Shown: one piece after another, positions 52,343-64,000 of the stretch
Position numbering within the stretch: position 1 is the first letter of the stretch
Layout: every line of letters begins with the position of its first letter
Assembly: GCF_006345805.1 (NCBI RefSeq)
Contig: NC_043020.1
Span: 19,220,001 to 19,284,000, forward strand
From: Octopus sinensis
Lineage: Eukaryota
Direction: 5' to 3'
DNA: 64,000 nucleotides
The notes under the pieces: generated by a model
What the model was told of the DNA's origin: nothing
Databases searched by the model: none
What the model saw: the letters and a program-made list of their open reading frames with translations, nothing else
Position numbers and translations under genes: made by a program

Positions 52343-53212
52343 CTATCTTGTTCAGGACGACTTTCGGGCCAGGACCCATGGACAGCTTCCGGAGATCCCG
52401 CACGCACACACACACATACTAACAAACACACATACATACGACGGCCTTCTTTCAGTTTCTGTCTACAAAATCCACTCCAAAAGGTTTGATCGGCCCAGAG
52501 CTAAAGTAGAAGACATTTGCTCGGGACTGAAACTAGAACCATATGGTTGGGAAGTAAACTTCTTAGCACACAGGCACACCTGTGCCTATAGAGAATTTGT
52601 TTTCACAAGTCTCCAGAACAAAGAAAAAAGGAAATTTACTGATCTTACGAAAGCCAATATTAAGTCTTTGAACATCAGCATTGTACATTGAGAATATTTC
52701 ACAATGAGTAGAAGCGAATGGTGATCCATTTTGAGGAACAACGATTTGTAGATTGAGAAGATTCGAATTTCCAATAAATGGCAAAACATATTGTCCAGAA
52801 CCTGCAAGAGGTAGAAACTTTCAAAACAGATCTTGTCTCCCGTAATGGTTAACATATCAAGAAACCAACAAGAGAGACTTTATACGCATACAGTATCAAC
52901 AGCCTTCGCGGGAAAATGCTGTTCTTTACGACCAATGTTGTGCTTAACAGAAAATCCGTTTTCGATCAATGTAGAAGAGACGAGTGGCCGAGTAACTGCA
53001 TAAGTGGTAATAAATAAATAAATAAATAAATAAATAGAAATCGACAAAAGACGCAGGCGTGGGTGTGAGGTAAGAAGCTTGCTTCCCAACAACATAGTTC
53101 CGGGTTCAGTCCCACTGCATGGCGTCTTGGGAATGTGTCTTCTACTAGAGCTTCAGGTCAACCAAAGCCCTTTTGAGTGGATTGGGTAGAGGGAAATTAA
53201 AAGAAGCCCGTC

Positions 53213-53255
<43 letters not shown>

Positions 53256-53643
53256 TCTTTGTTTGTGTCTTCATGTCTGTGTTTGTCCCCACCACCATCA
53301 CCACTTCAGGATCGGTGTTGGTGTGTATATGTCCCCGTAACTTACCGGTTCGGCCTAAGACATCGGCAGAATAGGTATCAGGCTTAGCAAAAAATAAGTC
53401 CTGGGGTCGATTAATTCGACTAAAATTTCTTCAAGGCGGTACCCTAGGATGGCCGCAGTCTAATGATTGAAGCAAGTAAAAGATAAAAGATAAAAGAAAA
53501 TAGGGGTTTAGTGAAGATTTTAGGGTTCGTAGTAGAAACGCTATCAAACATGTTATAGGCATATATTCGCAATGAGAAACTGTTTATGATCACAGTCGAG
53601 TTAACTACCATCTATATACCATTTGTGTGTTTGTGGTATGTGT

Positions 53644-53674
<31 letters not shown>

Positions 53675-53909
53675 ATATATATATATAATATATATATATA
53701 TGGTGTGCTAAACCATCTTATTGTTTATATATTTTATAGTTTGATTTGAAAACCCCACTAGAATGGGACAAAGCGCTAATGATCTATGTGATATGATATA
53801 TATATAAAAAATGTAATATACAATAAATATCTGTAATATAACCACCCGATTTTCTGAGTACCTCTTTCTTCTAATATATATATGTATATTATATATATAT
53901 ATATATGTA

Positions 53910-53949
<40 letters not shown>

Positions 53950-53966
53950 TAATATTATATATATAT

Positions 53967-53997
<31 letters not shown>

Positions 53998-54244
53998 CTA
54001 TAGATAATATATATAAGATAAAACTTACTTGGAAATGGATGTATATATGCGTATATATTATATATATATATAATATATATATATATATATAATATGCATA
54101 TATAATATTATATATATACAAATATTCCTGTTTTTTAAATAAAAGCAATTGAACATATTCAATTGAAGATTTACTCAATGCCTTTTTGTAAAATACATAT
54201 GTTTATATGACTTTTACGACAAAAGCGTTGACAATTACTTCGAA

Positions 54245-54294
54245 GTCACAGTCTGACGAAGTCTAAAAGACTGAAACTTCTAAGCCACTGTAAC
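54245..54294 (+). ncRNA. Hammerhead-ribozyme-like fold (type I) with variant cleavage triplet GCC
   Basis: acagu CUGACGA agucu-aaa-agacu GAAAC uucuaa GCC acugu: helices I and II pair perfectly and the core boxes are intact; position 16.1 is C rather than U. Confidence 0.6.
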
Positions 54295-54786
54295 CCATGC
54301 TCTTTTAAAAGCTTAACCTATCTACCTATATACCTATCTGCATACCTACCTGTCTGCCTACCTACCTACTAATATATATATATATGTTATATATATATAC
54401 ACACAAGGTCACACACACACAAACTCATACAGAGCAAAGAATCACAGGTCTTTGCTCACAAAGCAGAAGAAATGCATTTGTAAAGTTACAAACAGTGCTG
54501 CAAGTGCTGTAGACCGTTTAATTATAGATCAGATGAAACCATATCGTCCATGAGAAGACAACAAATACAAGAATACAGAATGGTGTATAATCAGGTGGAA
54601 AGGAAATCCTTTTGAAATAATTATTTTCTGTAAAAGACAAAGAATGGACAAGATTAACGACGTAACGTATATAAGCTTATAAAACATTATAGATTGAATG
54701 CAAGTAATATAACACACACATAAATATATGTGTGTATGTGTGTGTGTGTGTGTGGTGGTGTGGTGTGTGTGTATATTTATGTGCAC

Positions 54787-54844
<58 letters not shown>

Positions 54845-55489
54845 ATATATATACATACATGTGTGTATATATATTATATATACATACACGTGTGTGTATA
54901 TATACAATAAAAATATACATATATATATGTGCGCATGTATATATATACATGTAGACATATATATATATATATATATATGTGCATGTATACATATATATAT
55001 GCGCATGTATATATATATATACTTGTGAACAAATATACATACATTATATATATACACATATATATATATGTACATATGTATATGTGTACATGCATCTATG
55101 TATATAAAGGCTTACAAATACGCATGTATATACAGACACATACATCTGTGCGTTTATATACGCACAAACACAGAGGCGTATACATACACAATATATATAT
55201 TGACAAAATGTGTGTAAAGTGTTTAGCTTTTACAGCTTCCATTTATTTATTTATGAAATTTATTTTTAATGATTTTATAATTAACTTTGCGATTCGACGC
55301 TAACTATAAATACGACAACGAAAAAAAACGAAATAGTAATAATAATAATAATAAGACTTATGAATGAAGTACAGCAACAACAAAACAACATTAAGAGCAA
55401 TCAACAAGAGAATGTCTCGTTCCTTCTACATAGTCAACAAACATGCAAGAAATAGCTGCTGATGTTCCTGTAAAATGCCATGCTCTCAT

Positions 55490-55494
55490 GCCTC

Positions 55495-55553
<59 letters not shown>

Positions 55554-55713
55554 TAATAATAATAAAAATAATAATAATAATAATGATAATAATAATAATA
55601 ATGATAATAATAATGCCTGAGATCCTTGTCATGACTTGACAGACAGTACAAACTCAAGGCAGACACAACATCATGATATTGGATACTGGGCAACGTCCTC
55701 AGTAATAATAATA

Positions 55714-55762
<49 letters not shown>

Positions 55763-55826
55763 TATAATAATAGTAACAACAACAACAATAGTAATAATAA
55801 TAATAATAATAATAACAACAACAACA

Positions 55827-55878
<52 letters not shown>

Positions 55879-56105
55879 TGGTAGCAATAATAATAATAAT
55901 GATAATAATAATAATAATAATAATAATAATAGTAACAACAACAACAACAATAGTAATAATAACAATAATAATAATAATAACAATGGTGATAATCATAAAA
56001 ATAATAATAGTAACAACAACAACAACAACAATAGTAATAATAATAATAATAATAACAACAATGGTGATAAGAATAATTATAATAATAATAATAATAAAAT
56101 AATAA
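55490..56105 (+). repeat. Very long (AAT)n/(AAC)n tract containing an 88 bp insert at 55615-55702
   Basis: Direct reading. Confidence 0.95.
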
Positions 56106-56321
56106 TCCTTTCTACTAAAGGCACAAGACCTGAAATTTGGGGTGAGGGAATAAGTCGATTACATTAACCCCATTGTTTCACTGATACGTAATTTATTGAC
56201 CCCGAAAGGATGAAAGGAAAAGTCGACCCAACAGAATTTGAACTCAGAACGTAAAGACGGACGAAATGCCGCTAAGCATTTTGTCCGACGTACTCACGAT
56301 TTTGCCAGTTCGCCGTCTTAA

Positions 56322-57720
56322 TATTTAGGAATCCATGAACTAGATATGATACAATACACACAAATGAAAGAGAAAATGAAGAAAGAATACTATAGACGAG
56401 TTAGATCAATACTGAAAACAGAGCTCAATGCTAAAAACAAGATAATAGGTATTAACACTTTAGTCGTCCCAGTTACAAGTTGCAGCTACAATAGCCTTAA
56501 CTGGAAATTAAATGAATTAACCAAAATAGACAGGAAACAAGAAAAATAATGACAGGATCTAGGATGCACCACCCAAAATCTGACATAGAAAGGCTATATA
56601 TACAACGTATAGAAGGTGGTAGAGGTCTTATACAGCTAGAAAACTATTATAAAATAACCATCATAGGACTGCAAAAATATTTACTTCAGAAGCAATGAAA
56701 ACTAATACAAATAGCCATAAAATCGAGCAAAACAAAAAACTGTTTTCAGTATTTACGGAAGCTGACAAATACAAACAAAAAATCATACTACTTAACAAAT
56801 ATGCAGAAGAAGAAGAAATAACAAAAGCTAAAAAACAAATGAAATCCAAACTAAAACTAGAACAGCAACGATCCATGATAAAACGATGGCAAGAAAAGCC
56901 CCTTCATGGCAAATACTGGGCTAAACTAAATGAAAAAAAATAGACAGAGAAAAATATCAGCAATAGTTGAGAAGCCCAGGACTCAAAGCAGAGACTGAAG
57001 GATTTTTAATTGCTCCACAAGATCAAAGCCTTCGCACCAGAAACTACCAAAAACATATAATGAAAAGAAACATAACAAGTAACTGCAGAATAAGTGGAGA
57101 TGGACAAGAAACAATAAATCATATTATCTCAGGCTGCCCAGTCCTGACTAAGAAGGAATACATTCACAGACACGACAGAGTTAGGACCTACATACACTGG
57201 AAGCTATGCCAACACTATGGAATAACAACAGAAAACAGATGGTATAGGTACACGCCAGAAAAGGTCACAGAAAACGAGAAAGCAACCATACTCTGGGATA
57301 TGCCAATACACACAGAGAAATTAAGGCCAATAGGCCAGATATAGTTGTCTGAGATCATGAAGAAAAAAAAGTGCTTTCTGATTGATGTATCGATACCAGC
57401 AGATGACAACGTTTCTCTAAAAGAAATGGAGAAACTTTCAAAATACAAAGACCTGGAAATGTGAAATCTGAAGACAGAAACAATGCCTATCATAGTAGGC
57501 GCATTAGGTATGATATAAAAAAAATATTCAGACAAATACATAACAAAAACACCAGGACTTACAAATATATATAACATACAGAAAATTGCACTACTGGGCA
57601 CTGCACACATCCGACACAAAACACTTTCAATACAGTTACCATAAGATCATCACAGCAAATCACAGCACATACCCAAGGCTCACAGAGCTGCGCTCGGTAG
57701 TGAAGTGAAAGCACGCTATA
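56322..57720 (+). mobile_element. 5'-truncated R4/Dong-like element with (AAT)n tail
   Basis: MKKEYYRRVRSILKTELN, RMHHPKSDIERLY, EKPLHGKYW, ETINHIISGC, RHDRV, ILWDMPI; the 3' UTR is followed by (AAT)n at 57720-57800. Confidence 0.9.
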
Positions 57721-57730
57721 AATGATAATG

Positions 57731-57798
<68 letters not shown>

Positions 57799-57849
57799 AA
57801 AAAGATCGTAAAGAAAGAAGACGAAAAACAAAAAATACTATTCCTTAAA

Positions 57850-58075
57850 ATTTGAAAATTACAAAAATTTAAAATATGAAAATTGTAAGGTCTGCCTAGA
57901 ATAATTGGTGCATTGGGAACTGTAAGACTTTTGCTTTTTAGGGACAGGAGAGGTTATTAGGAAGGTCTTGCGTACTGGCAAGACTATTGAAAGCTAGTGG
58001 ATACCGAAGGTTATCAGTAGTAACCCGCTACCCACATAAATTATGCCAGGAATAAGATCAAACCTGAGTCAAATC
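57850..58075 (+). mobile_element. Deleted 3' end of the R4/Dong-like family also seen at 7265
   Basis: Shared UTR gtaacccgcta..ccaggaataaga..aacctgag.caaa; followed by AAT/GAT triplets. Confidence 0.7.
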
Positions 58076-59098
58076 AACAATAATGATAATAATGATGATG
58101 ATGATGATGACAATAATCCTTTCTACTACAAGCATAAGACCTGAAATTTGAGTGTGGGGAACCACTCGATTACAGTGAACCCAATACTCAACTGGTGCTT
58201 ATTTTATCAACTCCAAAAGGATGAAAGGCAGAGTTGGCCTCGGCGGAATCTGAACTCAACATTTTACCTGGCGTGCTAACGATTCTGCCACATTACCGCC
58301 TCGACAACAACAACTACAACAACAACAATAATAATAGTAATAAATAAATAAATAAAATCCAAAAGTTGGGGAAGGACCCACTGGATTTCATAGTCCTAGA
58401 TTAAGTGTCTGAAATAGGAGTGGTATGGACACGGCTGAGTTCAGCCGTTGATCGATCATACGTCTGCTCATCCAGATCTTACTTGGACTTAAACCAAGAC
58501 AATAACAGCAACAACAACAACAAGGAAAATCACAACTATATTACTACTACAAATACTACTACTACTACTACTACCACTACTACTACTACTATAGGGAAGA
58601 AAGCAAGAGAAAATAAAGAATAATGACAAAGTAAAAGATTTCTACACACGGATTTGCAATTTTTCCATCGATATCTAGGTAAGAAAAAGAAATAGCTAAA
58701 ACTGGCACCGTTGTCGGTCGTTATTGATTTTAGAAGCGCTTCATTTTTGGCACGAAATTAGTGTATTGATTGCAACAAGAACGAATATGTTGGCCATTTT
58801 GGAAAGAAGAAGAAAAAAAAAGAAACACCAACAAAATAACATGAAAAAAGTAAAAAATATTTAAAAAATAAAGAGCGAACGAAAATGTCGTCTGCTCAAT
58901 TCAATAAAAGTAATGGCGACGGTGGTGGTGTTGATGGTAGCGTATGGAGGTGGCAGAAATGGTGGTGGTGGTTGTGATGGCGGTGGTGGAGGTAGTGACG
59001 TCGGGTAAGATGACGAGGAGGAAGGGATTTCGGTGATGGTGACGACGGCGGAGATGCAGAGACGGAGGAAGAAACGGAAGTGAAAAAGGCATGGCAAA

Positions 59099-59163
<65 letters not shown>

Positions 59164-59413
59164 AGTATAAATTTATGCGTGTGAGTGTATATTTATGCAT
59201 GTGTGTATATATGTATATATGTTCATGTTTATGTGCGTGTAGTGGTGCGTATGTGTGTGCGTGTAAATTTATGCGTATGTATATGTGTATATATGCATGC
59301 GTGTATGTGCATGTATGTGTGTGTGTCTGTGTGTGTATGCGTGTATGAATGTATGCGTCTGTAGATACACCTATAGGTACATACATACATACTTACGTAT
59401 GCGCACACACACC

Positions 59414-59454
<41 letters not shown>

Positions 59455-60033
59455 ACACACACACATATATATATATATATAGAATATTTATATTATATAT
59501 ATAATTATATATACATTTACAGAGAAGCTGGAAATTGGTGAGACAAGTATTGCAATAGCGATATAATCGCTTCTCACTGACTTAATATTCGATTATATCG
59601 TAAGAAATGGCAGATTACTTACAGGATACAACATAGAGATATATGTCTCTGACACTGACCCTTCCAATCGGTCACTTTATTTCCATTTATGATTTCTCTT
59701 CCAAATACACACACGCACACACAGGTATATACACACACACGCACGCACACACATACAGAAGCACACACACATACACAACCACACAGACACACATATATAC
59801 GCCTACAGAATCATCCGTACATCTGTGTATATGTATGTACGAGTGTGCTGGTGTATATGTGTTTGGGCTTTACATACTTTACGTACACACAAACAAAAAC
59901 GCACACACTTCTATACATATATATACATATACACACATATGCACACGTACACACACACAAATATGTGCATATATATATATATTTATATCTATGTATTTAA
60001 ATAATATATATATAATATATATGTATGTATATG

Positions 60034-60096
<63 letters not shown>

Positions 60097-60213
60097 TATA
60101 TATTATATATTATATGTAGAAAATACAAACTGGGACAAGAACGTGAGACATTTAGAAGACGATACAAAAAACACGGACGGGACATTCGAAGCCTTCAATC
60201 TTCAGTCTATACA

Positions 60214-61358
60214 CAGGAGTTAGGACCAAATAATGGAAACACCTAGAATCATAATTTTGAATCATCTATAAAACCGCCAAAAGCTTGTTTATTTTTGTTG
60301 TTTTTTTTTTTTATTATTAGCGTTGCTTAATATGTTTTGCTAAAATTGCTGGGTTTTTTTTTTCAGATATCATCAGAAAAAGGTAATCAAAATTCATTAA
60401 AATGGCAGATCTATTGGACTTTCAAAGAGGTCAAGTTGTTGGTGCTCGTCGAAAAAAAAACTCTGGAAGAAAACCAAAACTTTCAGATAGGAACCATCGG
60501 AATCTTACGCGAATTGTTAGAAAGGATCACAAAAGTACAGCTCCCAGAATTACTGCAGAGCTTAATGACCATCTCAAGAACCCAGTTTCCACAAAAACAA
60601 TTCACCAGGAACTGCACAAAGCCGGATATCACGGGAAGGTTGCAATCAGAAAACCGCTACTTTCAAAAACAAACGTTGCAAAGTGTTTAGGGTGGAGTAA
60701 AAACCTACAGAGTTGGTCCCTAGAGCAGTGAAAGAATGTTATTTTCTCGGACGAGTCATCCTTTTCCTTATTTCCGACCACCGGCCAAGTATACGTGTAA
60801 TGATAGCCAAAAGAAGCATTTGACCCAGACTGCTCTCTTCCAACTGTTAATCATAGTGGAGGATCTGTAATGATGTAAGGGGCTATATCTTGGAAACCCG
60901 CCGGCCCAATGGTTACCTTTCGTGGCAGAATTAATAGTCAAGACTATTTAAGCATTTTATCTGATTAAATTCATGCTATGGTTGCGGAACTGTTTCCGGA
61001 GGGAAACGCAATCTTTAAGGATGAAAAAGCACCAATTACTGGCACGAGAAACATTCTAGTGAAGTTGAACATCTTATCTGGCCACCACAGTCCCCAGATC
61101 TCAAAATTATTGAACATTTACGGTGCGTTTTAGAAAAAAAAATAAGGAGTCGATCTCCTCCACTATCATCACTACAAGAACTGGAGACTGCTTTAGCTGA
61201 AGAATGGACAAAAATTCCTTTGGAAAAAATTCAAACTTTACACGAGTACATACCTTGTAGAATTCAAGCTGTAATTACTGCCAAAGGTGGTCCTATCCCA
61301 TATTAAAATAAATTTGTTTGAAATTTTAAGGCATTTCCATTATTTTGTCCAACCCATG
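60214..61358 (+). mobile_element. Decayed Tc1-like transposon with TIRs
   Basis: TIR-like caggagttaggaccaaataatggaaac / ttccattattttgtccaacccatg followed by TA; MADLLDFQRGQVVG, VIFSDES and WPPQSPDLKIIEHL, with stops and small deletions. Confidence 0.9.
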
Positions 61359-61359
61359 T

Positions 61360-61392
<33 letters not shown>

Positions 61393-61604
61393 CATATACA
61401 CACATACACACACATACATAAATATATATGCATGTATGTATGTAAACTTATTCCGAAATACTTTTCTTATCCGAAATGCAGTTCGAAAAAGCCCGCCATT
61501 TACCGGATATATGATTTATAAACATTCCATGTGCTTGGCCGGAGTGAATAGATGTCTGTTCGTCTTCGCTAGGTAAGGTTGGTGGTTTATTTATGATGTG
61601 TTCA

Positions 61605-61672
61605 GAATCAGTTCTGCTGATGATCATAGACGTAAGTTAAATGTGAAATCACGGTGATACAGAACTAAATTC
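61605..61672 (+). ncRNA. Type I hammerhead ribozyme candidate
   Basis: Helix I aguucug/cagaacu (7 bp, extendable by gaau/auuc), CUGAUGA at 61617-61623, stem II with GUAA loop, GAAA at 61645-61648, stem III auca/ugau, cleavage triplet AUA ending at 61659. Confidence 0.75.
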
Positions 61673-61987
61673 ATTTTTTAAATGTCTTGCTTTGAAGAAC
61701 TGCATTTGGGTATGATTAGTGTAATTTTGGTAGTAATGACTTTGTCCCTCTTAGTGTGAGGCATTTATGTGTAATAATGCCCTCTATACAATATAGATAT
61801 AATTGTTCAAAAGAAAAAATTATTTTCGAATTATTTTCTTTTATGAGGTTTTTCACGCTAACTACCTGATAATTTCTTGTTAGATTCCTATTAAGAAGTT
61901 ATCCTTAATTGTTAAACTTATATATATATATATTATGTGTGTGTTGTGTGTGTGTGTGTGTGTGTGTGGTATATATATATTTGTATG

Positions 61988-62051
<64 letters not shown>

Positions 62052-62272
62052 CACACATGTAATCACATGTGAATCGTTGGAGATTTTCTTCCTCTGTCTT
62101 CCTTTCTATTTAACCTTCCACTGTTCTTAAGAAGAGCTTTGCTCGAAACGTTAAGCCATCATTCTTTCCTCCCCTGAGCGTCAGCTAATGCTTTATATGT
62201 ACCACGTCCTCGCGTTGTTGCTTTTTTAGTGTTTTTTGTTTCTCTTTTGGGGGATTTACTATACACCCACAC

Positions 62273-62307
<35 letters not shown>

Positions 62308-62358
62308 TTATGTATGTAATGTATGTATGTGTTTTTATATATATATATATTATGTATA

Positions 62359-62429
<71 letters not shown>

Positions 62430-62450
62430 AAATGAAAATATATGTACACA

Positions 62451-63344
62451 CACGAAAGGTAACCCGAAAGAAACCGGAATTCTGCTATATTATTTTATCC
62501 ACTTAGATTTATGTGTTTCACTTTTATCGGGTTTAAAGAATTCTCTATTTAAAACAATGCATCGGTCCAAGCGCGTTTTCCAATATTCGAAGCAGTGCTG
62601 GACATCTAGCGAAATACCTTTTAACGCCCCTGTCGTTTCTCTTCAACTCTTCCACATTTTCAGATTTCGTAGCACCAAGTTTCGTCACCAGTGAGAAATC
62701 TTGAAAGAAGGTCCGGATCAACTTCCAACTTTTCCTTCAGTTGAAGACTCGCATTCAATTGTGACTGCTTTTGATCTTCCGTGAGCAAGCGGGGCATAAA
62801 TTATACTGCAACTCTCTTCTTTGGCAATTACTCGCACAAAATTCGTTGGTTGGTGCTCTAAGACTCAGCAGACATACCAACAAGTTCGTCAATTGTTCGG
62901 TGGCTGTCCTCCAAGATCAGTTCATGAATTTTCGTGATGTTTTCAGTCGTTCGTGGGGTCGATGGTTGCCATGAACGAGACTGGTCTTCAGGTAACAAGT
63001 GACCGTTCCTAAAGCGTGGAAACCACTCGTAAACTTGTGTTTTGTTCATGGCAGCGTCCTTCTAAGCTGTCTGAAGCATGACAACTGTTTCGGTTGCCGT
63101 TTTCCCCAGCAGAAAACAGAATTTCGCAGAAGCACACTGTTCCTTCGTTTTAGCAATCGCAAAAACAGACGAGCAGGGAGAAACTGCAAAAGAAAGACGC
63201 ATCATGTGACAGCACGACTGCAGACGATGACGTCGGCAGACTGATGCCTAAGAGTTGCATCGAGTGACCTCTAGCGAAGGAAGCCTGAACTACAACGGAT
63301 TTGTCCCACAGAGAACGTTACCAGTGACTTTTGGGTACTCCTCG
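62451..63344 (-). mobile_element. Internally deleted mariner with imperfect TIRs
   Basis: Ends cacgaaaggtaacccgaaagaaaccgg / ccagtgacttttgggtactcctcg followed by TA; QVYEWFPRFRNG, RTIDELV and TGDETWCY, then a jump to the C-terminus. Confidence 0.82.
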
Positions 63345-63351
63345 TATCTCT

Positions 63352-63385
<34 letters not shown>

Positions 63386-64000
63386 CATATATATATAGGA
63401 GCAAAACGCCCCCCGTCCAATGGACTGTGCTGAGTTGTCAAACATTTAAACCAAATTTTCTCAAAACAACTTGTCCTTCCGTCCCATAGCCCTCCCCTTT
63501 GAGAAACACTGATTTAACCTAAATTTCAGACACCAGCAAAAGAAGAAATAAAGATAGAAAGTTGAGGCAAAAACAACAAAAAACTTCTTGAGAAACCAAA
63601 TAGTCTTTCTTTCCTTCATGCGAAGTTTGAAGAAAATATCTCTTTTGCATCTTACTTTTTTGGTCTCTTAAATATACTATATTTTGTGGCATTATTTCAA
63701 GCCAGCCGGCTTTTTTTTTTGGCGCTAACTGCACGTGCATTTTTCTCGCGTACGCGTTGTATCGATCGCAACAGCTGATGTACTTGTGCATACAAATATA
63801 CTTTCCCACGGCTTTAGCGATCGTATTTTCACCTGGAATCGATTTTTGTAAATTTTTCAAGACTTATACTCGTCCTGATACTGTCGTTATCTACATATAA
63901 ACATTGAGCGCAATCAGATGGCGGATGCCCGAGATCCTAGAAGACACACAGGACAGACAGACAGAACGATTTTATAGTATATGATATATATTAATATATA

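Noticed and set aside
52586-53000. Possible extra mariner fragment (ITGDK motif) on minus
   Set aside because: Only one weak motif, with no TIR or second motif recognised.
60170-60210. Minus-strand CUGAAGA...GAAUGUC motif
   Set aside because: The second box is not GAAA, helix I does not form, and the sequence is cut by the Tc1 insertion.
63498-63511. hAT-like TIR tttgagaaacactg
   Set aside because: No partner TIR or TSD was found, so no element can be defined.

Overview
AT-rich, repeat-saturated eukaryotic DNA, most likely from an octopus. The species call is my recognition of the SINE families and repeat style, not a database result. I recognise no host protein-coding gene; most long ORFs in the track are translated microsatellites or decayed transposon fragments. 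The window is a nested transposon landscape: a hAT/Buster transposase remnant and MITE, several internally deleted mariner/Tc1 elements with TIRs and TA duplications, Helitron remnants, a Penelope-like fragment, Tx1/L1-like, CR1-like, RTE-like and many R4/Dong-like non-LTR copies, a decayed Ty3/Gypsy element, three tRNA-like SINE families and many microsatellites. Most interesting: (1) a nearly canonical type I hammerhead ribozyme fold at 61605-61672, plus further hammerhead-like motifs at 54248, 42814/62126 and about 22000; (2) a SINE that inserted as monomer, dimer and trimer, each flanked by one target-site duplication, whose 3' tail matches the 3' end of a Tx1/L1-like LINE in the same window; (3) a systematic link between R4/Dong-like 3' ends and (AAT)n tracts; (4) two long foldback hairpins; (5) weak hints of a spliced minus-strand non-coding or UTR transcript. 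Domain assignments come from manual translation and motif recognition, and many element boundaries are approximate.
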